DNA of 37,440 nucleotides from a virus (Duplodnaviria; Heunggongvirae; Uroviricota; Caudoviricetes): IMG/VR virus record IMGVR_UViG_2541047705_000012; one strand, 5' to 3'. Shown piece by piece: positions 20,261 to 28,771 of this stretch (position 1 is its first letter; each line of letters starts with the position of its first letter). The notes under the pieces were generated by a model. It saw only the letters and a program-made list of their open reading frames with translations, ran no database searches and was not told where the DNA came from. The position numbers and the translations under genes were made by a program.

Positions 20261-20512
20261 TCATTTTTTAGCCATCTCAATTGCGGCATCAAAAAGTCGT
20301 TCAAGAATAAAATCAGGGTACTGTAATTTTTCTTGCTCGATATGAAGCTCATAAATTTTCCCTTCCCACTCCCATTTAAAATTAAATCCAGAAGCAGAAG
20401 GTGCGAAATGTGTTTTAGCTTTAGGGTTAGCGTAACCAGCAACAGTCAACACATCAAACTTAAAATCTTGAGGTTTAATACGCATAATCATATCCTTTGC
20501 CAAGTTCATCAT
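20261..20512 (-). CDS. Hypothetical small protein (low GC) downstream of Rz
   Basis: 83-aa ORF with a TATAAT box about 10 nt upstream of its start; no family recognised. Confidence 0.4.
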   Translation of the reverse strand: MMNLAKDMIMRIKPQDFKFDVLTVAGYANPKAKTHFAPSASGFNFKWEWEGKIYELHIEQEKLQYPDFILERLFDAAIEMAKK

Positions 20513-20582
20513 TATTCTTCGCGATTATAAAACAATGAATAAAATCATTAAAGCATAGACGTTAAATATCCTCAAAATGTGA

Positions 20583-21020
20583 TTAGTTGGGACATTGCGT
20601 CCTGATATACTCCTGCAAGTAATTGACCTGTGAGGTTATCTTGTCGATTCCACTTCGGAGACGGTAATAATGGAGTTCAGCATCTGCTGTAAGTCTAGGG
20701 CTTTCTCCATCGCCCATGCCGCTGGCTCCGGTCGTTGACTTTGTACAGGTGGCGGCGACTTGCAGGCGCTTATGCCCAGCAGAAACATCAGCACGAAGAC
20801 TTTCGATAGTCGCATTAGCATCAGCAAGCTCCTTTGTATATCTGGCATCGAGTTCAGCTACATTACGTTGACGCTTCTGCATATCAGCGATGATGGATGT
20901 GGCTTTATCGCGCTGTACTTTGTAGACGATGGCGTCATCACGGTAATTATCAACAGCCCATGACAAGCAGACGATGATGCAGATAACCAGAGCGGATATA
21001 ATCACCGTTACTCTGCTCAT
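20583..21020 (-). CDS. Rz: Spanin, inner-membrane subunit (Rz)
   Basis: N-terminus [23 protein letters not shown] is near-identical to lambda Rz; follows the endolysin gene. Confidence 0.85.
   Translation of the reverse strand: MSRVTVIISALVICIIVCLSWAVDNYRDDAIVYKVQRDKATSIIADMQKRQRNVAELDARYTKELADANATIESLRADVSAGHKRLQVAATCTKSTTGASGMGDGESPRLTADAELHYYRLRSGIDKITSQVNYLQEYIRTQCPN
20636..20815 (-). CDS. Rz1: Spanin, outer-membrane lipoprotein subunit (Rz1), embedded in Rz in the +1 frame
   Basis: Embedded ORF with signal peptide and lipobox ([18 protein letters not shown]) followed by a Pro-rich segment; start could be any of three Met codons up to 20848. Confidence 0.6.
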   Translation of the reverse strand: MRLSKVFVLMFLLGISACKSPPPVQSQRPEPAAWAMEKALDLQQMLNSIITVSEVESTR

Positions 21021-21493
21021 ACCTGAATCTCTTTGACCGTTCCGCCGGCTTCTTTGAATTTTGCAATCAGGCTGTCAGCCTTATGCTCAAACTGACCATA
21101 ACCAGCTCCCGGCAGTGAAGCCCAGATATTGCTGCAACGGTCGATAGCCTGACGAATATCACCGCGATCAATCATCGGTAAAGCACCACGCTCTTTAATC
21201 TGCTGCAGTGCAACAGCATCCTGGCTTTTTGGAGAGAAGTCTTTCAGTCCAAGCTGTTTACGGTATGCATCCCACCAGCGGGAAAGAAGCTGGTAGCGTC
21301 CGGCAGCCGTTGATTTGAGTTTTGGGTTTAGCGTGACAAGTCTGCGAGGGTGATCGGAGTAATCAGTGAATATTTCTCCGCCCACAATGACGTCATAACC
21401 ATGATTACGTGTCGGTTGTAGCCCATTATCCGTTCCTTCTGACCAGGCCACCATATCGAGGAAAGCTTTACGCTGAGGATTAAGATTTTGCAT
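21017..21493 (-). CDS. R: Endolysin, lambda R-like lytic transglycosylase
   Basis: 158-aa ORF nearly identical over most of its length to lambda R (QRKAFLDM[VL]AWSEGTDNG...). Confidence 0.9.
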   Translation of the reverse strand: MQNLNPQRKAFLDMVAWSEGTDNGLQPTRNHGYDVIVGGEIFTDYSDHPRRLVTLNPKLKSTAAGRYQLLSRWWDAYRKQLGLKDFSPKSQDAVALQQIKERGALPMIDRGDIRQAIDRCSNIWASLPGAGYGQFEHKADSLIAKFKEAGGTVKEIQV

Positions 21494-21785
21494 TTTTCAC
21501 CCCTGTCAGTCGTTCCCAGAAGTACGTCAGTGCAACCGAACCCATCGCACCACTAATCCCCGCAGTTGCGAGAATCATGTAAATACTGAATCCACTTTCG
21601 ATACTGATTAGGCCACCAATAACACCGGTGAATCCTGATACAACTATCTGAGCGAGGGCATTTATCCAGCTCCACGTTGCTTTACTCTGCTTCACATCAA
21701 TCAGGTAACGGACAAGCCCCCCCCAACCTGCGATGATCAGCAAAACAAGCCAGAACGCTCCGGCAAGATTCTCTTTTTCGTGCAT
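21480..21785 (-). CDS. Holin (three predicted transmembrane helices)
   Basis: Hydrophobic ORF directly upstream of and overlapping the endolysin. Longest ORF extends to 21884, but that 5-prime part is AT-rich and lacks a ribosome-binding site, so the start at 21785 is preferred. Confidence 0.6.
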   Translation of the reverse strand: MHEKENLAGAFWLVLLIIAGWGGLVRYLIDVKQSKATWSWINALAQIVVSGFTGVIGGLISIESGFSIYMILATAGISGAMGSVALTYFWERLTGVKNAKS

Positions 21786-21896
21786 ATGAATAGCCGCAGT
21801 TTCGCCTCCGACAGAAAATCGGAGCGTGAAATGATATGTTGATTTATTATTAATTCGAAAATTACATTCTAATTCATCAGGCATTGATGATTTTAT

Positions 21897-21926
21897 AATA
21901 ATAAAGGCCGTTCGTTACGGCCTTTA
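21897..21926 (-). terminator. Rho-independent terminator-like hairpin between the acidic moron and the holin
   Basis: Stem GGCCGT/ACGGCC with 5-nt loop, flanked by A and T runs (palindromic, so bidirectional in principle). Confidence 0.5.
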
Positions 21927-21936
21927 TTATTGATAT

Positions 21937-22272
21937 TTATTTTACATCCCAAGGTAGTTCCTCAAGAGAGAAGACTAATTCATTATCAATAATTTCGTAT
22001 TCTGCATAACCTTCAACCTCTCCTGAGAAGTTATTGTCAACGCATCCTTCATAATAGCTATATGGTGCTATAAAGTGAAACCCATATTCATCTATCTCTG
22101 TGATTTCAAAATTGTAGTAATCGTAAGAATATCGAATATCATCATCAGAAATAGAACTAAGTACATAGTTATTAAATTTATCGGAATGCTTAACGATAAG
22201 TTCTGACAACGCGTCAAGATTCTCTGGAGAGATATTTCCTAACGGTAATCTGTACTCAACGGCATTAATCAT
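21937..22272 (-). CDS. Highly acidic, Tyr-rich small protein (late-operon moron at the Q-to-holin position)
   Basis: 111-aa ORF with an AGGAGG ribosome-binding site; very low GC; Asp/Glu-rich; no family recognised. Confidence 0.5.
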   Translation of the reverse strand: MINAVEYRLPLGNISPENLDALSELIVKHSDKFNNYVLSSISDDDIRYSYDYYNFEITEIDEYGFHFIAPYSYYEGCVDNNFSGEVEGYAEYEIIDNELVFSLEELPWDVK

Positions 22273-22325
22273 ACAACCTCCTTTTTAACTGATATGAGGT
22301 TATATAATGTGTTTCAGTACAAGTA

Positions 22326-22350
22326 AATAAAAACCCGCTCAACAGCGGGT
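22326..22350 (-). terminator. tR-prime-like intrinsic terminator downstream of the late promoter
   Basis: Hairpin CCCGCT-CAAC-AGCGGG followed on the minus strand by TTTTTATTT, about 60 nt downstream of the predicted late promoter. Confidence 0.6.
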
Positions 22351-22397
22351 TCGTGAAAATTATCAACGGCAGACATACAAAGCCCATCGTTGAGAAA

Positions 22398-22426
22398 ATC
22401 TTATCCATATTTTTTGAAAAATGCAA
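22398..22426 (-). promoter_or_regulatory. Late promoter (pR-prime-like) directly downstream of Q; expected Q-utilisation region
   Basis: Minus-strand -35 TTGCAT and -10 TAAGAT with a 17-bp spacer, about 30 bp after the Q stop and upstream of the terminator hairpin. Confidence 0.5.
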
Positions 22427-22457
22427 GCTTCATGTCACTATCTTCGGCGAAAATCAC

Positions 22458-23210
22458 TTATCTCGTCACCTTTCTCAATTGTGTTTCAGCATATGCTTCT
22501 TCCTGCCAGCACTTTGTTACTAGTTTATCAATTACGTCTGCATATCCTTTGTACCACTGATAATCAGTCAGGTCTGGAACCAGCTTCTGGACATGACGTC
22601 GTGCCAGTGTAGTCGGTAAACGGCTAAACCGGTTTCCATTGCAACGCCCACAAGTCTTATAAACAGGCGTGCCATGAAGCCGGGTTCTTTTTTCATCCAG
22701 GACAATACCTTTACCCTTACACCCTCTGCACGCCGTGCTGACTTCTCCCTTGCCATGACAATGCTGACACAGTTCCTTCACCCACTCTTCTTTGATAACG
22801 GATTCCCCGCTTCTGGAATGTTTCACCACTTCGCGCAATACATTATGAAATCCAGTACCAGTACAATGCTCACAGCGAGCCTTACTTGCCGCAGACCTGG
22901 AATAATCAGCAAAGGCAAAATTCACAAGGTAAGGGATGATCTGTAACCGGGTTTCTTCACTCAATTTGTTCAATGTCGGGTTATCCAGTGCCATCGCGTA
23001 ATTGAGCAGGCCTTCAATCGCAAACTGAGGATCCTGAACACCAACTTTTGCCAGGAATAAGGCAAACCCAAGCGGTGCTTTCGACTGCACCATCCCCTGC
23101 GCAGCCATTACATCCGTAATTGTTAAACCACCCGAGCCTGTCGCCGATGCGTCATCGCTCAATTTTGGAGATTTTGGGGAGTAATATTTCGGTAAGGCTT
23201 CAAGGTTCAT
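22458..23210 (-). CDS. Q: Late-gene antitermination protein Q (zinc-finger Q family)
   Basis: Four CxxC-type motifs (CEHCTGTG, CQHCHGKG, CRGCKGKG, CGRCNGNR); immediately upstream of the late promoter and lysis genes. Start chosen at the ATG at 23210 (GGAG 7 nt upstream) rather than the longest ORF. Confidence 0.65.
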   Translation of the reverse strand: MNLEALPKYYSPKSPKLSDDASATGSGGLTITDVMAAQGMVQSKAPLGFALFLAKVGVQDPQFAIEGLLNYAMALDNPTLNKLSEETRLQIIPYLVNFAFADYSRSAASKARCEHCTGTGFHNVLREVVKHSRSGESVIKEEWVKELCQHCHGKGEVSTACRGCKGKGIVLDEKRTRLHGTPVYKTCGRCNGNRFSRLPTTLARRHVQKLVPDLTDYQWYKGYADVIDKLVTKCWQEEAYAETQLRKVTR

Positions 23211-23223
23211 GCTCGTTCTCCAC

Positions 23224-24219
23224 TTACACCAGTACGCCAATTGCCAGCGCACGATCGATAAAACGAAATATCAGCTCCAGCTGGGAGCCATACATCTCTT
23301 CAAATGCCACGGTATCCGCATGCAGCTCGTCGTGATGCTTTCTGCACAAAGGCAACACAAAAAGGTCATGCGCTTTTGTACCCATTCCACCCTGTCCGTG
23401 GCCTATCAGGTGGTGGGGATCATCAGCGGGCTTTCCACAACATGCACACGACTGTGTCTTAACCCAGCGCGTGTACTTTTCATTAACCCAGCGGCGACGT
23501 TTTGGGCGTAACATAAAAGACTCCGGCGACTCCGGATCCACTTTCAGCGCCAGCACCTTTTTCGCCTTATCCTGGATGATGCTGGTGGCAGGAACCGAAG
23601 GCACAAGGTCACTTTCCCGGGTGACAGACGGCACAACAGGCTTCGGTAATCTCAGTGCCTTACGGGCTGCACTTTCCGGTAAGGCATCCGCCAGATCATT
23701 ACGAACCAGCCACCAGCACAGTTCCGGCATTGTCACAACGTGACTGTCATCAAAACCGAGATCCCGACGCACAACAGACAACACCCAGCGGGCACAGTTA
23801 TCCGTTGCCATTGATTCCAGCCGTTCCGTGAACTGATCGCGAAGCAGGTTATCGCAGTGCCAGCACAGACGGATTGCGCCCGGCGCGTGTCGCATTGTGG
23901 TCATGTTCTCGCTGTGCCATCCGGAATGAGGCCACTGACAGCCCTTTTCACGAAGTAACCAGCTTTCAAGACATTCCACACCCCCCGCACGACGAATAAC
24001 TGCCTCATTGCGGAACACGGCCCGAATGGCAGGATCATCCGCCAGCGGTTGTGATGCCGCCGGAACGGCACCACTGGCAAAAGATGAATAACGTTCCGGC
24101 TCAGGCTCCAGCAGGACACGCCCCTGCATAAACAGGGGCATCAGCTCTGAACCGGGCCTGAACAATACGATCCCCATACGCGGGGCAATTTCAGGGGTCA
24201 GTAGTGCTCTCACGGTCAC
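23224..24219 (-). CDS. DUF968-family protein (YdfU-like) with C-terminal HNH-like Cys/His motif
   Basis: 331-aa ORF, GTG start; C-terminus CACCGKPADDPHHLIGHGQGG...CRKHHDELH; classical ninR-region position. Confidence 0.6.
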   Translation of the reverse strand: MTVRALLTPEIAPRMGIVLFRPGSELMPLFMQGRVLLEPEPERYSSFASGAVPAASQPLADDPAIRAVFRNEAVIRRAGGVECLESWLLREKGCQWPHSGWHSENMTTMRHAPGAIRLCWHCDNLLRDQFTERLESMATDNCARWVLSVVRRDLGFDDSHVVTMPELCWWLVRNDLADALPESAARKALRLPKPVVPSVTRESDLVPSVPATSIIQDKAKKVLALKVDPESPESFMLRPKRRRWVNEKYTRWVKTQSCACCGKPADDPHHLIGHGQGGMGTKAHDLFVLPLCRKHHDELHADTVAFEEMYGSQLELIFRFIDRALAIGVLV

Positions 24220-24220
24220 C

Positions 24221-25018
24221 TCAATGAACGGTATCGAGCAGCTTTAACAGCTCAGGGAATCGGGATTCGAAGAAATGCGGCTGCGTCTCGCGCGGATTTG
24301 CAGGACTGGTGATGTTCTTGCCGAACATGCAGCCTTTCGCCGTCAGCGACCAGAATTTTTTGATGTTGTTAATCGCTGTACGGCTGTATCGTTCGCGCTG
24401 TTCGACGATCCCCAGCTTCGCCATCTGGTGATATGCCTGATTAGCCGTAAGGCGGATACCATACTGTTTCAGCAGTGCACTCAGCGACAGTGTCGGGCGA
24501 CTTGAGCCATCAGGCGCGTCAGCAGGAGCATCAATGGCATAGCGCGGTGCCAGATTCGGTAAGCCAACAGCCTCCTGAAGCTTCTGACAGGCTCCAAGCA
24601 CTGATGAGTTAGACAGGTTTAATTCCCGGCGCATAAAGTCCAGCAGGATCACGCCAGCCTGCATCTTGTCAGCAGCCTGCCCGGATAATTTTTCCGGTGT
24701 GCTGGTTACCATATCGAAAGTACGGATCACCTTCAGATGGAATGACGGGCTTATCCACATTGCATAGGCATACACCAGTTCTTTGCAGACATACGTCCCC
24801 TGGTTATTTCCGCCACGAATAACGTTAACTGGCTCTATATTGACCGAGTTGCAAATCTGCAACTCGCTTATTAAACGTTCAGTTTGCTCATTGCGGAGCC
24901 AGAATGCAGGCTTATGCTTATCCAGAGAACCGGCAGCCCTGTGCAGATCGTTCAGGCTGTAACGCCCATAAGCATCACGACGAACTTCAATACCATCAAT
25001 AACCATCAGATTATTCAT
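24221..25018 (-). CDS. KilA-N domain protein (antirepressor-like)
   Basis: N-terminal region (IDGIEVRRDAYGRYSLNDLHRAAG) is KilA-N-like; GAGGAG ribosome-binding site upstream. Confidence 0.7.
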   Translation of the reverse strand: MNNLMVIDGIEVRRDAYGRYSLNDLHRAAGSLDKHKPAFWLRNEQTERLISELQICNSVNIEPVNVIRGGNNQGTYVCKELVYAYAMWISPSFHLKVIRTFDMVTSTPEKLSGQAADKMQAGVILLDFMRRELNLSNSSVLGACQKLQEAVGLPNLAPRYAIDAPADAPDGSSRPTLSLSALLKQYGIRLTANQAYHQMAKLGIVEQRERYSRTAINNIKKFWSLTAKGCMFGKNITSPANPRETQPHFFESRFPELLKLLDTVH

Positions 25019-25037
25019 ACTTCGTTTCTCCTCTTAA

Positions 25038-25427
25038 TCAGGCAGCTGCACCCGCCGTTTTCTCGTACTTACTGATAGTGATCTCGACCTTCCCTTCCGG
25101 GATAACCGGTCCCCACTCCACCAGCATTCTTTTCACCTGACTGTCGTCTTCCCACACACCCGCGTGGGTCAGGGCGTCAAACAGCGCCTTGTTATAGTTG
25201 TCCAGATCGCGGATCCGGTTATCCGGAGGAAACAACACGATCTCCACTGAAGCAGGTGCCGACGTTGGTTTTGGCAGACGACGTAACTGCTCAACTATTG
25301 CTGCACACGCCGCGCTCTGGAATTTGCGCCCCGCCGCGCTTATCAGGCTCTTACCAGCAAACGCCCCTTTGTTGGGGTGTCGCCAGTACGTGTTCACGCT
25401 GGGCGGAAACGGCAGAATCAGCTTCAT
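25038..25427 (-). CDS. rusA: Holliday-junction resolvase RusA
   Basis: 129-aa ORF with the conserved RDLDN motif, in the ninR-like position. Confidence 0.85.
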   Translation of the reverse strand: MKLILPFPPSVNTYWRHPNKGAFAGKSLISAAGRKFQSAACAAIVEQLRRLPKPTSAPASVEIVLFPPDNRIRDLDNYNKALFDALTHAGVWEDDSQVKRMLVEWGPVIPEGKVEITISKYEKTAGAAA

Positions 25428-25750
25428 ACTTTCAGGCCCCTCTCATGTAACCAGTGGGCTGCACGCAGCCTGGCGTTTTCCTTACCGGCAAGCAGTGAGC
25501 GGATAATCCCGACCGCCTCGCTGTCGTCGTCCTTCACCGCGGTATGAAGAGTGATACCCCGGGCCACGCCACGCTTTATCGTGATGACGCCTTTTTTCTC
25601 CAGTGCTCGAAGATGCTCCACCGCTGCATTCACTGAACGGTATCCCAGCATGGTTGCCACCTCCTGATTGGTTGGCGGGAAGCCACGTTCTTTCTGATAA
25701 GAAATCAGCATATCCAGCACCTGCTGCTGGCATTGAGTTAACGTCGTCAT
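25424..25750 (-). CDS. LexA DNA-binding-domain protein lacking the S24 peptidase domain
   Basis: N-terminal ~70 aa align by eye with the LexA winged-helix domain (TQCQQQVLDMLISYQKERGFPPTNQEVATMLGYRSVNAAVEHLRALEKKGVI); the protein ends after ~108 aa with no Ser/Lys peptidase region. Confidence 0.65.
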   Translation of the reverse strand: MTTLTQCQQQVLDMLISYQKERGFPPTNQEVATMLGYRSVNAAVEHLRALEKKGVITIKRGVARGITLHTAVKDDDSEAVGIIRSLLAGKENARLRAAHWLHERGLKV

Positions 25751-26400
25751 GCCGCCATCTCCCTGAGCAGTTTTTCCGCCTGCTGGCGAACCTGCGCCAG
25801 AAACGCCTCACCACATGCCTCAAGTTCATCGCGCCCGATGTAGCTGATTGCCGGTCCCTTCCAGGTCTTGTCAAAAACAGCAATAGCACCAGCGAAGAAA
25901 GCTCCTGTCGGCACCTGCTTCTCGTCTTTCGGGATAAACCAGACAGGCAGTTCAAAACCAATACGCCCGCGAATAAAAGCAATATGATCTGCATCTTCCG
26001 GCCACCACACTTCGCTGGTGGCAGCTTTGATCAGGAAAACATAGCGCCCGCCTTTATCACGCATGGCACTGGCATGCTTCATGATGTAACGCATGCCGGT
26101 GATGTATTGCCCCTCATGCTGACTGGCGCGGCTGTATGGGGGATTACCAAAGGCAGCACCTTTAAGCTCCGCAAGACGTTCTGACCAGTCATGCGCCAGC
26201 GCATTGTCTTCCGCCGTGTAATACGCGGCACATTTGGCGTTACCACCGTCGGTGAACAGATCCAGAACAAACGGGCCAAACAGGGTGTTAATTCCCCAGA
26301 AAATGTTGTCCGGCGTGCGCCACTGATCGCCCACTTCCTTCAGTTCATGGGCTGGTTTGTTCCGCAGCTCCACCAGCGCCTGGCAATATTTATTACTCAT
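25747..26400 (-). CDS. Phage DNA N6-adenine methyltransferase (Dam-like orphan methylase)
   Basis: NPPY catalytic motif (GNPPYSRA); start chosen at the ATG at 26400, where it overlaps the upstream stop (TAATG). Confidence 0.8.
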   Translation of the reverse strand: MSNKYCQALVELRNKPAHELKEVGDQWRTPDNIFWGINTLFGPFVLDLFTDGGNAKCAAYYTAEDNALAHDWSERLAELKGAAFGNPPYSRASQHEGQYITGMRYIMKHASAMRDKGGRYVFLIKAATSEVWWPEDADHIAFIRGRIGFELPVWFIPKDEKQVPTGAFFAGAIAVFDKTWKGPAISYIGRDELEACGEAFLAQVRQQAEKLLREMAA

Positions 26401-26894
26401 TAAGCCCCCACGTAATTCCCTGACAGATACCACTCTTCACCCGATGCAGCGCGCTTGCTGCTTTTCCGTAAGCACCGCTCACGACGCGCCAGAAAATTGT
26501 TTCGTTCTGGCTGGGAGTGGCTTTCACGGAATGCCGCCATCCACACGGTTGCAGCACGACGGTATAAACCCCTGGACTCCAGTTCTTCAGCCTGGCGGGT
26601 CAGGCACAAAATCACCCGTGGATCGTTAGTGCCGACATAGAAATTGCGCACAGGTCTGGTTTCTCGAACTGGTTGTGGTTCCGGTTCCTGCGCTCTCTCA
26701 GTCAGGCGCGGGAAATGTCTGCGTGTATCTCCTTCACAACGGTGAGCCACACGCCCACTCTGACGTAACTTGCTTGCTGACTGCAGAACGCGCTGTCGTG
26801 AGTAACCTGCAAAAGCATCCGCAATGTCACCGGAAGTACACCCCGGATGGGCTTCAATGAATTTCTGAACGTCATTTAACAGACTCATGATCAC
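26400..26894 (-). CDS. PerC/Pch-family transcriptional activator homolog with an N-terminal extension
   Basis: C-terminal region RGLYRRAATVWMAAF...RRERCL matches the PerC-family GL[WY]RRAA..W...RR..CL pattern (from memory). Confidence 0.5.
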   Translation of the reverse strand: MIMSLLNDVQKFIEAHPGCTSGDIADAFAGYSRQRVLQSASKLRQSGRVAHRCEGDTRRHFPRLTERAQEPEPQPVRETRPVRNFYVGTNDPRVILCLTRQAEELESRGLYRRAATVWMAAFRESHSQPERNNFLARRERCLRKSSKRAASGEEWYLSGNYVGA

Positions 26895-27832
26895 CCCCTG
26901 AATCCTGCCGGGATCTGGCTGTAGTCCACGTTGTCGTAACTGGCTTTGAAGTACGGGTCCTCGCGTTTTTCGGTGTACGTACTTACGGACGGCGATAAGC
27001 GCAGGGAAAGCTCATCCCATTTTTCCCGCAGCTTCGACGGGCTGAGCACGTTACGGCACCAGAACGGATCGCGGCTGACGCGGCTGTACATCTCGCAGAT
27101 TTGTTTGTGAGTACGACCATCCTGCACACACATCAGGCGAATTTCGTTTGCCCAGGCTGTCCAGTTCGGTTCTTTGGGACGAACCACCTCGCCGTCACAT
27201 TCGGCAGCCTGCTCGTACAGGGCGATGATTTTTTTCCAGAGCCACTGTGCGCAGGTCAAATCATCCTGCGTTCCCCACTGGCGCTTTTTAGGGCTGAATA
27301 CAACAGCATCAGGATGGCGAGTTAAAAACTCCTGTTCAGCCGTCTGCGTGTCCGGTTGCGAAGCGTCCGGACGAGAAGTTTTTTTATCTGACGGATCATG
27401 TTTTGATTTTACTGACGGATCCCCGCCAGATTCTGACGGGTGAAAACCCGCTTTTTTGCCAGATTTCGACGCATCAAATTTTGACGGGGCAGATTTTGAT
27501 GCGTCAGATTTTGACGGGTCAGAATCTGACTGTTGAGAAAATGCCGCTGCCTGAAGCTTCGCAACGTTAAGCTGATAAACATTCGACGCATTGCGGTTAC
27601 CCTGGCGACGCGCCTTACGCGTTAACCAGCCTTCTGCTTCCAGCCGTGCGATAGCCGTTCTGACGGTACTCATCCCCGCGCCAATCTGGCGGGCAATGGT
27701 TTCAATTGATGGCCAGCACACACCTTCGTCATTACTGAAATCAGCCAGGCGGGCCATAATTGCCACGCTGGATAACTTCATGCCTGACGCAGCGCAACCA
27801 TCCCATACATAGCCGGTTAATTTAGTGCTCAT
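26891..27832 (-). CDS. Replication initiation protein (O-like; winged-helix N-terminal domain, Ser/Lys/Asp-rich linker encoded by the iterons)
   Basis: 313-aa ORF downstream of cro and CII-like genes; AGAGG ribosome-binding site; internal DNA repeats at 27385-27535. Confidence 0.65.
   Translation of the reverse strand: MSTKLTGYVWDGCAASGMKLSSVAIMARLADFSNDEGVCWPSIETIARQIGAGMSTVRTAIARLEAEGWLTRKARRQGNRNASNVYQLNVAKLQAAAFSQQSDSDPSKSDASKSAPSKFDASKSGKKAGFHPSESGGDPSVKSKHDPSDKKTSRPDASQPDTQTAEQEFLTRHPDAVVFSPKKRQWGTQDDLTCAQWLWKKIIALYEQAAECDGEVVRPKEPNWTAWANEIRLMCVQDGRTHKQICEMYSRVSRDPFWCRNVLSPSKLREKWDELSLRLSPSVSTYTEKREDPYFKASYDNVDYSQIPAGFRG
27385..27535. repeat. Iteron array (about eight copies of a ~15-bp dyad motif CAGATTTTGACGGG / TCAGAATCTGA) inside the O-like gene; candidate origin of replication
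   Basis: Direct repeats visible at 27386-27396, 27427-27442, 27459-27473, 27474-27490, 27490-27504, 27505-27519 and 27520-27534. Confidence 0.55.
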
Positions 27833-27841
27833 GACCGACCT

Positions 27842-28180
27842 CTATTTCCCTGAATTTACGACGAAACTGTTCGAGCGGACTGAAGCATTCATGCTCATAG
27901 CCTTCGCGGAGGTAGATAACCCGTTGTGTTTCCGGTTCCCAACGAATGACTCTGACGGGCACTCCGTAGTGATCTTTGAACCAGCGGTTAACTTGTCGCA
28001 AAGGACTGTCTCCTTCTGCCGGTTGAAATCACCCACAGCCCACTCAGCAAAGCTGTGGGTTACAATTTCCCTGTCACCTGGTACATTTACTGCATAGCAA
28101 TACTCCACCTTCGCTTTTCCACCCGGTACAGGAAGCGCAATCAGTTGCGAGCGACGGTAGTGTGTTGTTAAACTGTTCAT
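27842..28180 (-). CDS. Hypothetical early protein
   Basis: 112-aa ORF whose start overlaps the upstream stop (ATGA) and whose 3-prime end contains the ribosome-binding site of the O-like gene; no family recognised. Confidence 0.3.
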   Translation of the reverse strand: MNSLTTHYRRSQLIALPVPGGKAKVEYCYAVNVPGDREIVTHSFAEWAVGDFNRQKETVLCDKLTAGSKITTECPSESFVGNRKHNGLSTSAKAMSMNASVRSNSFVVNSGK

Positions 28181-28740
28181 GCGTTAGTTTCTCCACAGTC
28201 ACGACACGCCACGGCGCCCGGAGCTGCACACTCGCGGGCGTCACTACTTTCTGAAACGCAAAAGATTTTGTAGACCAGTGCTGCATGCTCCTGCAGCTTC
28301 GAAATTGAGAGGTACAGCTCATCGTTAATTGCTGTCTTCTCATGCGGTTCCACTACACCGTCTTCAATTGCTGAACGAATCTGTTTTGAATAACTGCCGA
28401 TCTGTTCAATGACCTCCAGCAGGCGTTGGTTGATATCGGCGTTGTCCACATCCTCGACGTCAGGAAGAGACACAAAGACGCCATTTGCAGACTGCGCCAC
28501 AGCATCAGCAATGAAGTGAGTGCCACCAGCACGCTGTAAAACCATTGCCCATCCCAGCGGGAAAATCTGATCGCCATCTGCACGAAGGCGGTTGAATAAA
28601 GCGTTTTCTGTTACATCGAGCCAGTCAGCCGCTTCAGCGTAACCACCCGGCAACGCCGCGATCGTTTTTCTGACAGCTTTCACGTACCACTCAGGCTGTT
28701 TTTCTATTTTCCAGTGATGCTTACCCACGATTAGCCTCAT
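28177..28740 (-). CDS. Early regulatory protein, putatively CII-like (phage 186 CII / CP76-like)
   Basis: 187-aa ORF in the cII position immediately after cro-like; family assignment uncertain. Confidence 0.4.
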   Translation of the reverse strand: MRLIVGKHHWKIEKQPEWYVKAVRKTIAALPGGYAEAADWLDVTENALFNRLRADGDQIFPLGWAMVLQRAGGTHFIADAVAQSANGVFVSLPDVEDVDNADINQRLLEVIEQIGSYSKQIRSAIEDGVVEPHEKTAINDELYLSISKLQEHAALVYKIFCVSESSDARECAAPGAVACRDCGETNA

Positions 28741-28771
28741 CGTTCTGTGGTTAAAAATTGAAAGTGTTCTG

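Noticed and set aside
21786-21884. N-terminal 33 codons of the longest holin ORF
   Set aside because: AT-rich, no ribosome-binding site, and begins right after a terminator hairpin; the internal ATG at 21785 is more plausible. The longer form cannot be excluded.
25482-25994. Minus-strand 170-aa ORF overlapping the LexA-like and Dam genes in another frame
   Set aside because: Alternative-frame ORF embedded in two genes that have strong motif support (NPPY; LexA-like N-terminus).
27409-27591. Minus-strand 60-aa ORF with repeated RQNL units
   Set aside because: Low-complexity translation of the iteron repeats in an alternative frame of the O-like gene; an artefact of the DNA repeats.
27825-28097. 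Plus-strand 90-aa ORF antisense to the early-right operon
   Set aside because: The overlapping minus-strand ORF 27842-28180 is translationally coupled to the CII-like gene (ATGA overlap) and carries the ribosome-binding site of the O-like gene, so the sense-strand gene is preferred, though neither has family support.
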